Part shown: piece by piece, positions 39,494 to 48,205 of the stretch
How positions within the stretch are numbered: position 1 is the first letter of the stretch
Layout of the letters: each line of letters starts with the position of its first letter
Origin: Candidatus Aenigmatarchaeota archaeon
Lineage (GTDB): Archaea > Aenigmatarchaeota > Aenigmatarchaeia > GW2011-AR5 > JAHLMP01
NCBI GenBank assembly: GCA_018920315.1
Contig: JAHLMP010000001.1
Location: 4,206-68,205 of the forward strand
DNA length: 64,000 nucleotides
Direction: 5' to 3'
Notes under the pieces: generated by a model
Told to the model about the DNA's origin: nothing
The model's database searches: none
What the model saw: the letters and a program-made list of their open reading frames with translations, nothing else
Program-made: the position numbers and the translations under genes

Positions 39494-40315
39494 TTATTTC
39501 AGAATCTTTACAAGGGATTTTCCAATCTCTAGTCCAATATCTATTGCTTGTACAATCTCATCATAAGTAAATCCTTTGTTACCTGCTTTTTGAAGCGCAC
39601 ACAAAAATAGTTTTGAGTTCTCCTCAAAGCCACCTACAGTTAAGATAGCTTCTGCAGCCTCTTCTTCTATTAGATTCGGATCTATCATAAGTTTTCCTGT
39701 TATCTTTGCTATAGTAACTCCAAAAGGAATTCTTTGAATTGGTAACCTCTCTTCTGTTTTTGTTGCGTAATCTACTTTTATTTCCTCTTCGCTTTCTATT
39801 TTATAGCTTGGAAATCTGGCATCGAGCAAAGCGGCTATTGACGCTAAGATTGCAGCATCCTTCATGTTTCCATCATTATCTAAAACTATTACATCGATCG
39901 CAACCTTCCAAACTTTTTTTGTATTTGGAATTTGAAGCTTCTCAAGCTCGATAGATTTGCTTTCCCTTATTATTCTATCTATAACTCTTGCTAGCTCAAT
40001 TGCATTCTCATCAGGAGGCCCTGGCAAAACCTCTGGAAAAGAAAAAGGCACAAACTCTGCATTAACAACTAAAACGCCTTCATTTGGCATATCTGGAAAA
40101 GGATCTCCTGGTTCTAGCTTTACGCCAGCGATAACTTTTGTTCCACCTATCTCTACGAGTGAAGAGCCCTCCGCGTTTTTCACAATTCCTTTTTCTATTT
40201 TTATTTCTCTATAATCTTTAAAGCCTCTATCGTCTATTCTTCTTCCTTCTTTTATTATTACCTCCTTAACCATATCTTCTTCAATTATCATCATTTTTTT
40301 CGCCTCACAATTCAT
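39494..40315 (-). CDS. rrp42: exosome complex component Rrp42
   Basis: RNase PH-like fold pattern (GRRIDDRGFKDYREIKI ... GSSLVEIGGTKVIAGV). Position is downstream of rrp41. Confidence 0.85.
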   Translation of the reverse strand: MNCEAKKMMIIEEDMVKEVIIKEGRRIDDRGFKDYREIKIEKGIVKNAEGSSLVEIGGTKVIAGVKLEPGDPFPDMPNEGVLVVNAEFVPFSFPEVLPGPPDENAIELARVIDRIIRESKSIELEKLQIPNTKKVWKVAIDVIVLDNDGNMKDAAILASIAALLDARFPSYKIESEEEIKVDYATKTEERLPIQRIPFGVTIAKITGKLMIDPNLIEEEAAEAILTVGGFEENSKLFLCALQKAGNKGFTYDEIVQAIDIGLEIGKSLVKILK

Positions 40316-40531
40316 TTATCCCCTATCCCATGAAGGAAATAGCGTTGAGTTTATGTACTCGAATATATATTCTTCTTCCTTTCTTTTTTTCATTTTTTCT
40401 TTAAGCTCATTTAAACTTTTTGCTACTTCTATTATATTTTTATCTTTTATTGCAACCCATTTTTTATCATATTTTTTCACAAGTTCTATATTATTCTCTC
40501 TAACCCACTTCAAGTCCTCTAATGTTGACAT
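40316..40531 (-). CDS. 71-aa protein inserted between rrp41 and rrp42 (DUF5678-like?)
   Basis: The stop abuts the rrp42 start codon (40315/40316). The KKWVAIKDKNIIEVAKSLNELKEKM core resembles small W-V-A-I type domains. Assignment is tentative. Confidence 0.5.
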   Translation of the reverse strand: MSTLEDLKWVRENNIELVKKYDKKWVAIKDKNIIEVAKSLNELKEKMKKRKEEEYIFEYINSTLFPSWDRG

Positions 40532-40552
40532 CTTATATCACATTTTAAAATT

Positions 40553-41299
40553 CTAATTAATTTGATTATCTATCTCTTGAACTAATGAGTCGAGCTCTAT
40601 CTCCTCGTATTTCTTTCTTAGAGCTTCTGTTTGTGCCTTATAAACAATTTCACAACCTTTTAATGCAAGCTTTAAAGCTTGTTGAAATTCTTCTTTTGTC
40701 ATTATTCCATCCATCTGAAGAAGAGTAATTTCTTTTCTTCTAGGAAAATAAACTACTGGCATATCCGCCTCGCCTTCCTCATCTTCTTTTCCAGCTATAT
40801 CTAATGCTATTTTTCCATCTATCTTTCCTACGCTTACGCTCGAAACTAAATCTCTCATTGGTATTCCTGCATCCGCTAATGCTATAGCTGCCGCATTAAT
40901 TGCAGCACATCTTGTTGAGGCATCGGCTTGTATTATTTCTATATAAACATCTATCGTTGTTCTTGGAAACTCTTCTAAAAATATTATAGATTCTAATGCT
41001 CTTTTTATTACCAATGAGATCTCTCTACTTCTTCTTGTTGGTCCTGGCGGAGCTCTTTCTTTAGTTGAAAATGGGGCCATATAATAAATTACATTTAATA
41101 CACTTCTTTCTTCCTCTTCAAGAAACTTTGGAATTGGTCTTGGTCCATAAACGCCTGCAATCGCTTTTGTATTTCCAAATTCAAAATAGCCTGAACCATC
41201 TGCTCTTTTTAATACTCCTGCTCTTGCTACTATCTTTCTCATTTCATCTAATCTTCTTCCATCCAACCTTATCCCTTTCTCATTTACAAGATTTGTCAT
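40553..41299 (-). CDS. rrp41: exosome complex exonuclease Rrp41 (RNase PH-like)
   Basis: RLDGRRLDEMRKI ..., GSGYFEFGNTKAIAGVYGP ..., TRRSREISL ..., IQADASTRCAAINAAAIALADAGIPM. Confidence 0.9.
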   Translation of the reverse strand: MTNLVNEKGIRLDGRRLDEMRKIVARAGVLKRADGSGYFEFGNTKAIAGVYGPRPIPKFLEEEERSVLNVIYYMAPFSTKERAPPGPTRRSREISLVIKRALESIIFLEEFPRTTIDVYIEIIQADASTRCAAINAAAIALADAGIPMRDLVSSVSVGKIDGKIALDIAGKEDEEGEADMPVVYFPRRKEITLLQMDGIMTKEEFQQALKLALKGCEIVYKAQTEALRKKYEEIELDSLVQEIDNQIN

Positions 41300-41336
41300 A
41301 CCATCGCCTCATAAGCCATATTCTAGCCTAATAAAG

Positions 41337-42152
41337 TTAAATTTGCTTTTCTTCTTCCATCTCTATTGTTATATCTATATCTAAACCTTGCTCCTCTTCT
41401 TTTAATCTTTCTTCTTTTCTTTTTTCTGCTTTAGCTAGCATTGCATCCAAAAATTCTTTTATTTTATCAGTAAGCCCAACTTTATGAGCATAATTCTCTA
41501 TTTTCAGAATTGCCTCTGTAGCTAACCTTTTATTTTCACCTTTTATCCAAATAAGTCCATTTTGTCCAACAACGATCTGGCAACCTGTCTTCTCTTTTAT
41601 AAGCTCTACCATGGAGCCTTTTCTTCCAATTATTCTTGGCACTTTGCTTGGGGTTACTTTTATTATAGTGCCACCATAAAGCTTTCTACATCGTTTCTCT
41701 TTCATTGTTAATGTTACAAGCTTATTTCTACTTACATTCAATACTTTTGTAAATATTACATCATTAATATCATAATATTTTGTTAAATCCTCTTTTGTTA
41801 AATCAATAAACTCGTTCAAAGCATCGCTAAGAGAAAGAGTAGCAAGATAAGGAGAATTTATATCTACAAGCCATTTCGATGATACAATATCTTTAATTAT
41901 ACCTATTACGCCGTCACCTCTCTTTGGATTATAAACACCTGAAAGAGGGATAACAAATTTTGTGCCATTTCTTTCGTCTGCCAATCCCAAAATCTTAGAA
42001 ACAACAATGCCTTTTTCGATATAAGTACCGCTACCCGCTATTCCATAGCCAAGCTCCTCGCCGGGCAAAACTAACCTTCTAGCTTTAGCACGCTCTAAAG
42101 CTTTTTCATAATCGTTCTCTACTTCCTTTTTCGAATTTTCATTTTTTTCCAT
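41337..42152 (-). CDS. rrp4: exosome complex RNA-binding protein Rrp4 (S1 + KH)
   Basis: LVLPGEELG ..., S1-like GDGVIGIIKDIVSSKWLVDINSP, KH-like VPRIIGRKGSMVELIKEKTGCQIVVGQNGLIWI. Confidence 0.88.
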   Translation of the reverse strand: MEKNENSKKEVENDYEKALERAKARRLVLPGEELGYGIAGSGTYIEKGIVVSKILGLADERNGTKFVIPLSGVYNPKRGDGVIGIIKDIVSSKWLVDINSPYLATLSLSDALNEFIDLTKEDLTKYYDINDVIFTKVLNVSRNKLVTLTMKEKRCRKLYGGTIIKVTPSKVPRIIGRKGSMVELIKEKTGCQIVVGQNGLIWIKGENKRLATEAILKIENYAHKVGLTDKIKEFLDAMLAKAEKRKEERLKEEEQGLDIDITIEMEEEKQI

Positions 42153-42185
42153 TTAATATCGCCTAAATTTAATCTTCATAAAAAA

Positions 42186-42881
42186 TTAATCTTTTACAAT
42201 TATTTCGTTCTCTCCTTGAGTTAAGCTATTTATCTTTTGAAAAATTTCTGTTTTTAATCCTGCTGGAATCTCAATAATTGCACGCAAAGAACCATCGTTT
42301 AGCCATTCTGGATTCGTGTTAAAAGATTTCAGATAACCAAAACATCTTGCTGCATGTTTTGCTGGAATTTTTATATCAAGTTTTATTCTTTCAAATGATA
42401 TTGGGATAATGCTACTTATAGCCTTTACTACATCACCTATCTGCTCTTCAGATTTTTTAAATATATCTATATGAACCTTTGCCTCTTCCATCGCATTTAG
42501 TATGCGTTGAACGCTATGCGGAATCTTTGTTCTTGGGTCTATTGAATTTTTTGCTATGAATTCTGCTATCTCCATTTTCTTTGCTTCTAGCTTCTTTCTT
42601 CGCATCTCAGTAGTTAGTTGAATTTCTCCTTTTTCTATTATCTCCTTTACAATCTTTTCTATGTCATCTGTACCAAAGAAATTTATTAAGTCTTGCTTGC
42701 TTGCCGGCATTCCTTTTTTACTATCTTTAAACACGTTATCTACTGCAAGTATTTTTCTTATATCTATATTTTGAATCTTCTTCTCTCTATATTCGTAAGC
42801 AAGCTCGGGGTCTACAAGAATTTCAAATCTCTTATCCCCTTTTTCTATTTTTGCAACAATAGCTTTATCCAAAGTAACCAT
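42186..42881 (-). CDS. sdo1: SBDS-family ribosome maturation protein
   Basis: KRFEILVDPELAYEYRE ... FKDSKKGMPASKQDLINFFGT. Conserved position upstream of the exosome genes. Confidence 0.85.
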   Translation of the reverse strand: MVTLDKAIVAKIEKGDKRFEILVDPELAYEYREKKIQNIDIRKILAVDNVFKDSKKGMPASKQDLINFFGTDDIEKIVKEIIEKGEIQLTTEMRRKKLEAKKMEIAEFIAKNSIDPRTKIPHSVQRILNAMEEAKVHIDIFKKSEEQIGDVVKAISSIIPISFERIKLDIKIPAKHAARCFGYLKSFNTNPEWLNDGSLRAIIEIPAGLKTEIFQKINSLTQGENEIIVKD

Positions 42882-43019
42882 CTTTACTACCTTTTAAGTA
42901 ACTTGATTAATTCCGTAACACTAAAATTCATTAAGAGTATTTATTTCTAAATTTTAAAAGTTTATAATCATTCTAAATGAAAATAGATTATAACGAATTT
43001 GAAAATAGATAAAACGAAT

Positions 43020-43673
43020 TTAATGAGCTTTATAGTAATAATTTTTAATTCTTCTAAATGGATTTTCTTTGCTTTTCCATCTTTCTTCAAACCATTTTAC
43101 GAGAGATTCAAAATCATCCTTTGAGACATATCTTACGAGTATGCTTCCTTTCTCGTTTCTTCCATGAACAAATGCAAACTCAGATTTTTTATTTTCTAAT
43201 TGAAAGGATCCTTGATCTATTGACAAAGAAAAATAATATTTATCTATCTCATCTTTGACTTCCCCTCCATAAGAAAGTATTAGATTTTCCTTTAGGTAAC
43301 AAGGCCTTACAGAGCAATATTCGACATGATGCAAAATATCAAATAATACACGTTCTGGCAGCTTATCTCTCATTCTTGCTTTTGCAAAAAGATAATTCCT
43401 CATGTTGTGAGATTTATCATCTATACCTTCAAAATAGCTTTGAATTGTTCTCTCTTTAAAAAATCCTTCTGTTATTAATCTTGCTAAGTGTGGAAAAGCT
43501 AATGCAATATTATTTACATCTATCTCTATTGTCTCATTTTTTATAGCATACTCTCTGAATGTTTCTCTTGCTATTAAAGCCTCTTCATAATATGGTCTAT
43601 CTTTCAAAGGATAGCATGTTGCAATATACCTTTGCTCTATAGGATTTAGAGTGACTTTTATTTTATTTTTCAT
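43020..43673 (-). CDS. hypothetical protein (217 aa)
   Basis: Coding-like ORF with no motif I recognise. Sits between sdo1 and endA. Confidence 0.5.
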   Translation of the reverse strand: MKNKIKVTLNPIEQRYIATCYPLKDRPYYEEALIARETFREYAIKNETIEIDVNNIALAFPHLARLITEGFFKERTIQSYFEGIDDKSHNMRNYLFAKARMRDKLPERVLFDILHHVEYCSVRPCYLKENLILSYGGEVKDEIDKYYFSLSIDQGSFQLENKKSEFAFVHGRNEKGSILVRYVSKDDFESLVKWFEERWKSKENPFRRIKNYYYKAH

Positions 43674-43783
43674 AAAAAGAAAATTTGACTGAAAATATTT
43701 TTAAGTGAGTTTAAATAAAGAAATAAAATTTGAATAAAGAAATAAAATAATTGAAAAATCTTAAACCTAAATTTTATTACTTC

Positions 43784-45016
43784 TCAAGGCTGTTCCCATT
43801 CTATCTCGTAATAAGTATTTTTAGAGCCTGGTAAGTTAATTCTCTTTGCAACATAATAAGTTACAGATGTCTCTCTATCTGAGATGGCAATTATCAATCT
43901 TAATCCCAATTCATCTGCTCTTCTCAATGCACAAGCAAGCTCTTTTCCTCCAAGCTTTTCATCTTCTGTAAATGCTATAATTGCAAACTTTGGAAAATCT
44001 TCGCTTGGCCTTTCTATTCCTATCCTTTTCCTGTGATAGCCTATGAAATCTATCTCTCCTTTTTCATATTCCTCTTCTTTCATTCCTGGAATTGCCATAA
44101 TGAATGTTTTTCTAACAGAATGGGCTACCCTAACAGCACGAGCCCATTCGCTCATAATCATCTTCGCTTCCTTAGGAAATACATGCACGACGTGCTTTGA
44201 ATGTATCCATTGACTTTTTTCTTTTATTGGCGAAGCTCCGGGAAAATAAAGCCTAAAATGCGTGCCAAATTTAAAGCCAGTCTTAATTATATATCCACGA
44301 AGCCTCCAATCTTCATAAACATCGAGAAGAGCTTCTGCATTCTTTTGTTGCTTCTTTATCTTTCTTAATAACTCTTCGAAACTTAACTCTTTTCCTGTTT
44401 TTATGCTTCTTACTCTGTATCCATGCTTCGCAAGAAATAAAGTTTCTATAAAGTCTAACTTTAGGAATTTATCTCTAGTATGTTGCTTATAAACGCCAAG
44501 CTGCCCGAACCAAAAATCTTCAAATAATTTTTCAACATTTTCATCTGCTTTAATTAAAGAAATCATATCTTCTTCGATATAAACTAGCTCTTTATCCAAT
44601 TTTGGTAACTCGAAATGCTTAGAAGGATAGCTTATACTTGGACTTCTATCAAAATTTTTCTCTTCTATTCTATCTATAAAACTTGCTATTATGCCACGGT
44701 CTCGCCAATCACGATAAACATTATATCTTGCAAATATTCTTCTCTCATTTGAAAAAATTTTGATAAGATCCAAAAACTCTAGTTGCTTGCTATCTTTAGA
44801 ACAACTTGCCTTTCTTATATTTACAAGATATAAAGCCTCTATTGGATTTAGCTCTAGCTTATTTTCTCTTTCTTCACCGAAAAAGCTATCTTTTAGAATT
44901 TTTTTGCTGTTATCATCAAGAGCAAAGACTCTATTATTTTCACTCAACAACAATCTTGGCTTCTCGCTATAATAAAACTTTCTTTCATTTCTATCTCTTT
45001 CATGTGTCATAGGCAT
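43784..45016 (-). CDS. endA: tRNA-splicing endonuclease, enlarged multi-unit form (410 aa)
   Basis: Two EndA-like Y-x-V-Y-x-D-W-R-x-R-G blocks (ARYNVYRDWRDRGII; LLDVYEDWRLRGYIIKTGFKFGTHFRLYFPG). Catalytic-unit features after the second block: Y in RLYFPG, SKHVVHV His, AHSVRKTF Lys. An extra C-terminal structural-unit-like segment follows. Confidence 0.8.
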   Translation of the reverse strand: MPMTHERDRNERKFYYSEKPRLLLSENNRVFALDDNSKKILKDSFFGEERENKLELNPIEALYLVNIRKASCSKDSKQLEFLDLIKIFSNERRIFARYNVYRDWRDRGIIASFIDRIEEKNFDRSPSISYPSKHFELPKLDKELVYIEEDMISLIKADENVEKLFEDFWFGQLGVYKQHTRDKFLKLDFIETLFLAKHGYRVRSIKTGKELSFEELLRKIKKQQKNAEALLDVYEDWRLRGYIIKTGFKFGTHFRLYFPGASPIKEKSQWIHSKHVVHVFPKEAKMIMSEWARAVRVAHSVRKTFIMAIPGMKEEEYEKGEIDFIGYHRKRIGIERPSEDFPKFAIIAFTEDEKLGGKELACALRRADELGLRLIIAISDRETSVTYYVAKRINLPGSKNTYYEIEWEQP

Positions 45017-45064
45017 CTAACAATTATTTTCAATTTTGAAATGAAAAATCGAAATAATATTTAA

Positions 45065-45748
45065 TTATTTCTCTATCAGTCTTGCCTTTTTTATAATTAA
45101 CTCTCCACTTCTTGTTTTATTATCCCAAAACTTTTCGAAACTTTCTATTTTTATTGACTTATTAAATAATGGGCAATCCAAAACTAATGTTTCAAACTCG
45201 CCGCCCTCGCCACAAATATTGATTTTATATTTTTCGTGAAGCTTTTCTAATTCTATTATACAATCTTCATCTATTTTTCTTCCTAGCCAAGAAGCATCTA
45301 AACCATGAGCTGCGACAAGCGTTATTATTACTTCGAATCCATCCTTTATTATATTTTTTAATATCTCAACAGCATCTCTTTTCCATAATGGAGCTATATG
45401 CATCAATCCTAAAGAATCACAAATCCTATTTACTCTCGAATATTGATAATTACTTTCAATTACACCACTTACTATAGCTTCGACGCCCTTTTGCTTTACT
45501 ATTTCTAAAATTTTTTCTAAATCTATTAATTCTTCTTTCTCTTCTCCGCTTGATTTTGCATAAATTATTGGAATATTCATAGCCTTTGCAAGAAGCTTTG
45601 TAATTTTTATGTTTGTTGTATGAAATATATAGCTTTCTTTATTCTTACTTTCAATTGTAATTAGATATTTTAATTCATTCTCCTTAGAGCATAGATAGGT
45701 TGCATAAGTAGAATCCTTCCCGCCAGAGAATAATGAAGCTATTTTCAT
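45065..45748 (-). CDS. diphthine-ammonia ligase-like ATP pyrophosphatase (MJ0570/Dph6 family)
   Basis: PP-loop MKIASLFSGGKDS and CGEGGEFETLVLDCPLF. Confidence 0.75.
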   Translation of the reverse strand: MKIASLFSGGKDSTYATYLCSKENELKYLITIESKNKESYIFHTTNIKITKLLAKAMNIPIIYAKSSGEEKEELIDLEKILEIVKQKGVEAIVSGVIESNYQYSRVNRICDSLGLMHIAPLWKRDAVEILKNIIKDGFEVIITLVAAHGLDASWLGRKIDEDCIIELEKLHEKYKINICGEGGEFETLVLDCPLFNKSIKIESFEKFWDNKTRSGELIIKKARLIEK

Positions 45749-45825
45749 ATTGTCACCACTAATTATAATTCCAACTAAAAATTTGAAAAATAAAGAAATT
45801 AAAAGGAAAAATTAGCTTTATATTT

Positions 45826-46461
45826 TTACTTTCTGTTCTCCTTCACATATTTCTTTGCTATCTCTGTAATCACATCCTTTAGTCCCAAGCCGATTGCTAT
45901 CGCTAATCCTAAGCCGATGGAGCCGATGATGATTAATAATATATTTTCTACTAGCGTAGTTGAAATTCCTAGAATAGGTAGTGCTATTGCAATAGCAACA
46001 TACATTATGAAAAAGAAAATTACTTTACCAACCAAGCTTCCATATTGTGTTTCTGATTTTTTTAGTTCATTTCCTATAAATTCGCCAAGCAAATAACCAA
46101 CTATTATTATAATTGCTGCTCCTATAATGTTTGGAATAAAATTCATTATAGATGCTACCCAGTTAGCAATTACAGGCACACCTAAGACCTGCTCTGAAAG
46201 CGCTGCTGAAATAAACGCCAAGTAAATCCACCAACGAGATATTATAGAAAATATTTCGCTTGCGCTTGTTACTTTCTTTTTTCTTAATGGAAGATATTCA
46301 TCGATTTTCAGTCTTACTAAAACCTCTTTTACTACAATTCCAACTACTTTGCCAACAAGCAAACCTATTACTAGCAACACTATTGCGGCTACTAAATTTG
46401 GTAAATAGTTTATTGTCATTATTGCAAATCTTTCTAGAATTGATGTTATTGGTACGCTCAT
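45826..46461 (-). CDS. integral membrane protein with repeated conserved-TM-helix segments
   Basis: 211 aa, 5 hydrophobic helices, internally repetitive (LVGKVVGIVVKEVL / LLGEFIGNELKK). Confidence 0.55.
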   Translation of the reverse strand: MSVPITSILERFAIMTINYLPNLVAAIVLLVIGLLVGKVVGIVVKEVLVRLKIDEYLPLRKKKVTSASEIFSIISRWWIYLAFISAALSEQVLGVPVIANWVASIMNFIPNIIGAAIIIIVGYLLGEFIGNELKKSETQYGSLVGKVIFFFIMYVAIAIALPILGISTTLVENILLIIIGSIGLGLAIAIGLGLKDVITEIAKKYVKENRK

Positions 46462-46550
46462 TTTTATTCACCCTACTATTTATTTTCTTTTTTTATTTAT
46501 AAAGTTTAATAGAATGCTAGAGAAATTTATCTTAGTTGAATGACTTTCAG

Positions 46551-47495
46551 CTAAAGTATCAAAAGATCTTCTAATTCTTCTTCAAGCTCATTCTTAAGAT
46601 CATAATAAAGAAGATTAAATTTGAGATTATTAAATCTATCTCTCACTTCTCTCGCTATCTTTCTTATTTTCTTAGGAAGAAAGGATTTTAGAAATGCTTC
46701 TAGATTTTTACTTTCTTGTATTTTATGCTTTTCAAAAATTCTACTTATTTCTTCTTTACAATTATTGGGCATGTAGTCATTTGTTATAGATTTAGAATGT
46801 TTTACATAATACAATGAAACATTTGGAATGTAGTTTATTTCAAAACCTCCGTAGCGAGCTGCCTCTACGGCAGAAAGATGTGCATCCAAATCTTCACCAA
46901 AAGCATAAGGTGCAAAAATTCCATCTTGCTCATATTTCTCTCCTACATAATCTTTCAAGTAGCGTAAAAAATCAATATCGAAAAATAATGTTAGATGATT
47001 TCTTGGAAATCCGTTCTTGCTTGCTTTTATTACATTAAGCACTTTTCCTTTTCTATTGCAGATAGCGATATCAGAGCGAGTAAACCCTTTTTTCAAATCC
47101 TTTGCTCTTGTATTTATACCTTCTTTAGGAAGCAAATCATCTGAATCAAGGAATGTAATTCCGTAAATATTGTTCTCTTCTTCTCTTGTTAATATTTCTC
47201 CTCTTAGAATAAGCTCTATTCCAAGGTTTCTTGCATAAGATGGCGTGCAAATCTCTTCTGGCTTTCTATCCCTTTTGACATATCTTATTTTAGTTTTCTT
47301 TTGCTCTACTGATCTTGCAAAATCTCTTATAAAACCTTCAACATCAGAGCTAGATCCATCATCAACTACAAGATATATTATTTTAAAGTCAGAATCTTGA
47401 TTAACAACACTATTTATCGTGTATCTAAATAGCTCTAATCTTTCATTTTCTGGTGTTGCATAGATTGGAGTAATTATCGCTACGTGGTGTTTCAT
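46551..47495 (-). CDS. family 2 glycosyltransferase
   Basis: VAIITPIYATPENERLELFRYTINSVVNQD, YLVVDDGSSSD, FLDSDDLL (DxD). Confidence 0.75.
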   Translation of the reverse strand: MKHHVAIITPIYATPENERLELFRYTINSVVNQDSDFKIIYLVVDDGSSSDVEGFIRDFARSVEQKKTKIRYVKRDRKPEEICTPSYARNLGIELILRGEILTREEENNIYGITFLDSDDLLPKEGINTRAKDLKKGFTRSDIAICNRKGKVLNVIKASKNGFPRNHLTLFFDIDFLRYLKDYVGEKYEQDGIFAPYAFGEDLDAHLSAVEAARYGGFEINYIPNVSLYYVKHSKSITNDYMPNNCKEEISRIFEKHKIQESKNLEAFLKSFLPKKIRKIAREVRDRFNNLKFNLLYYDLKNELEEELEDLLIL

Positions 47496-47629
47496 ATTTT
47501 TTATAATGTTTTTGTAACTATTTAAAGGTTATTACACTTTTACTATAGGAAAATATTTTATGATTTAGCTTCTCATAAGAAACTCGTTATAAAATTGTAA
47601 GAAATTGAAAAGAAGCGCTGGGAGCAGGA

Positions 47630-47988
47630 TTTTTGCGATTTTCACATCGAATTTTTCATTCAATTATCGTGAATTTTCTTATAATTTTTTATTAGTTATT
47701 TGAAATTTTGAGCCTTGGGTTGAATTTTGAATTGTGATCTTTCACATTTTTAATTACGATTTTCATTTAATTTCTTTAATTTTTCGTTTTGACCTTTCTC
47801 GTGAATTTTTTCTTATTGTTTTTTCCTTTACTTTTTCATTCGACTATTACAAATCTTGTCTTTTCTGAATTGAGTTTTCAATTTACTTCATTTTTATTCA
47901 TTTTTCATTAAAATTTTTTCTATTTTCTGCCTTTTCTTCATTCTCGGTAATTCTAATTCTCACAAAGCTTGCAAGATGTGAAAACCGC
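47630..47988 (-). other. 359-nt insertion/intron in the T-loop of tRNA-Ser(GGA)
   Basis: Its ends form a 13-bp helix, gcggttttcacat (47988-47976) with atgtgaaaatcgc (47647-47635), including one G-U. The last 17 nt (tgtgaaaatcgcaaaaa) are identical to the Ser(CGA) intron 3' end. Confidence 0.7.
47880..47942. repeat. direct repeat copy A (inside the tRNA-Ser(GGA) T-loop insertion)
   Basis: aatttacttcatttttattcatttttcattaaaattttttctattttctgccttttcttcatt aligns at ~90% identity (3 gap positions) with 48134-48193. Confidence 0.8.
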
Positions 47989-48021
47989 TTCGAACCTGCG
48001 CGAGCTTAATGCTCACCAGCT

Positions 48022-48054
48022 TTTTGTTTTTTCATTACTAGACTTAAAGCTTAA
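48022..48054 (-). other. tRNA intron at the canonical 37/38 position (33 nt)
   Basis: Lies between ttggag and a-gctgg. The boundary is ambiguous by 1-4 nt in an A run. Confidence 0.6.
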
Positions 48055-48133
48055 CTCCAAGCTGGCGCTTTGGACCACTCAGCCATCCCAGCACAAAATT
48101 CTATATAAAAGAAGTGGTATCCAAAAATTAAAT

Positions 48134-48193
48134 AATTTACTTCGTTTTTATTCGGTTTTATTAATTTTTTCTATTTTCTGCCTTCTCTTCATT
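48134..48193. repeat. direct repeat copy B (42-101 nt upstream of the tRNA-Ser(GGA) 5' end)
   Basis: aatttacttcgtttttattcggttttattaattttttctattttctgccttctcttcatt. Same orientation as copy A; starts are 254 nt apart. Confidence 0.8.
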
Positions 48194-48205
48194 ATCGCTA
48201 AATCT

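Larger units (their letters stand above)
47616..48092 (-). tRNA. tRNA-Ser(GGA), class II, in three exons (33-nt anticodon-loop intron and 359-nt T-loop insertion)
   Basis: Exons 48092-48055, 48021-47989 and 47629-47616. Acceptor gctggga/tcccagc, D stem gct/agc, anticodon stem ccagc/gctgg with loop ttGGAg|a, variable arm gagc/gctc, T stem gcagg/cctgc, T-loop ttcgaa|t, discriminator G. The mature product is 85 nt, the same architecture as Ser(CGA). Confidence 0.75.
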
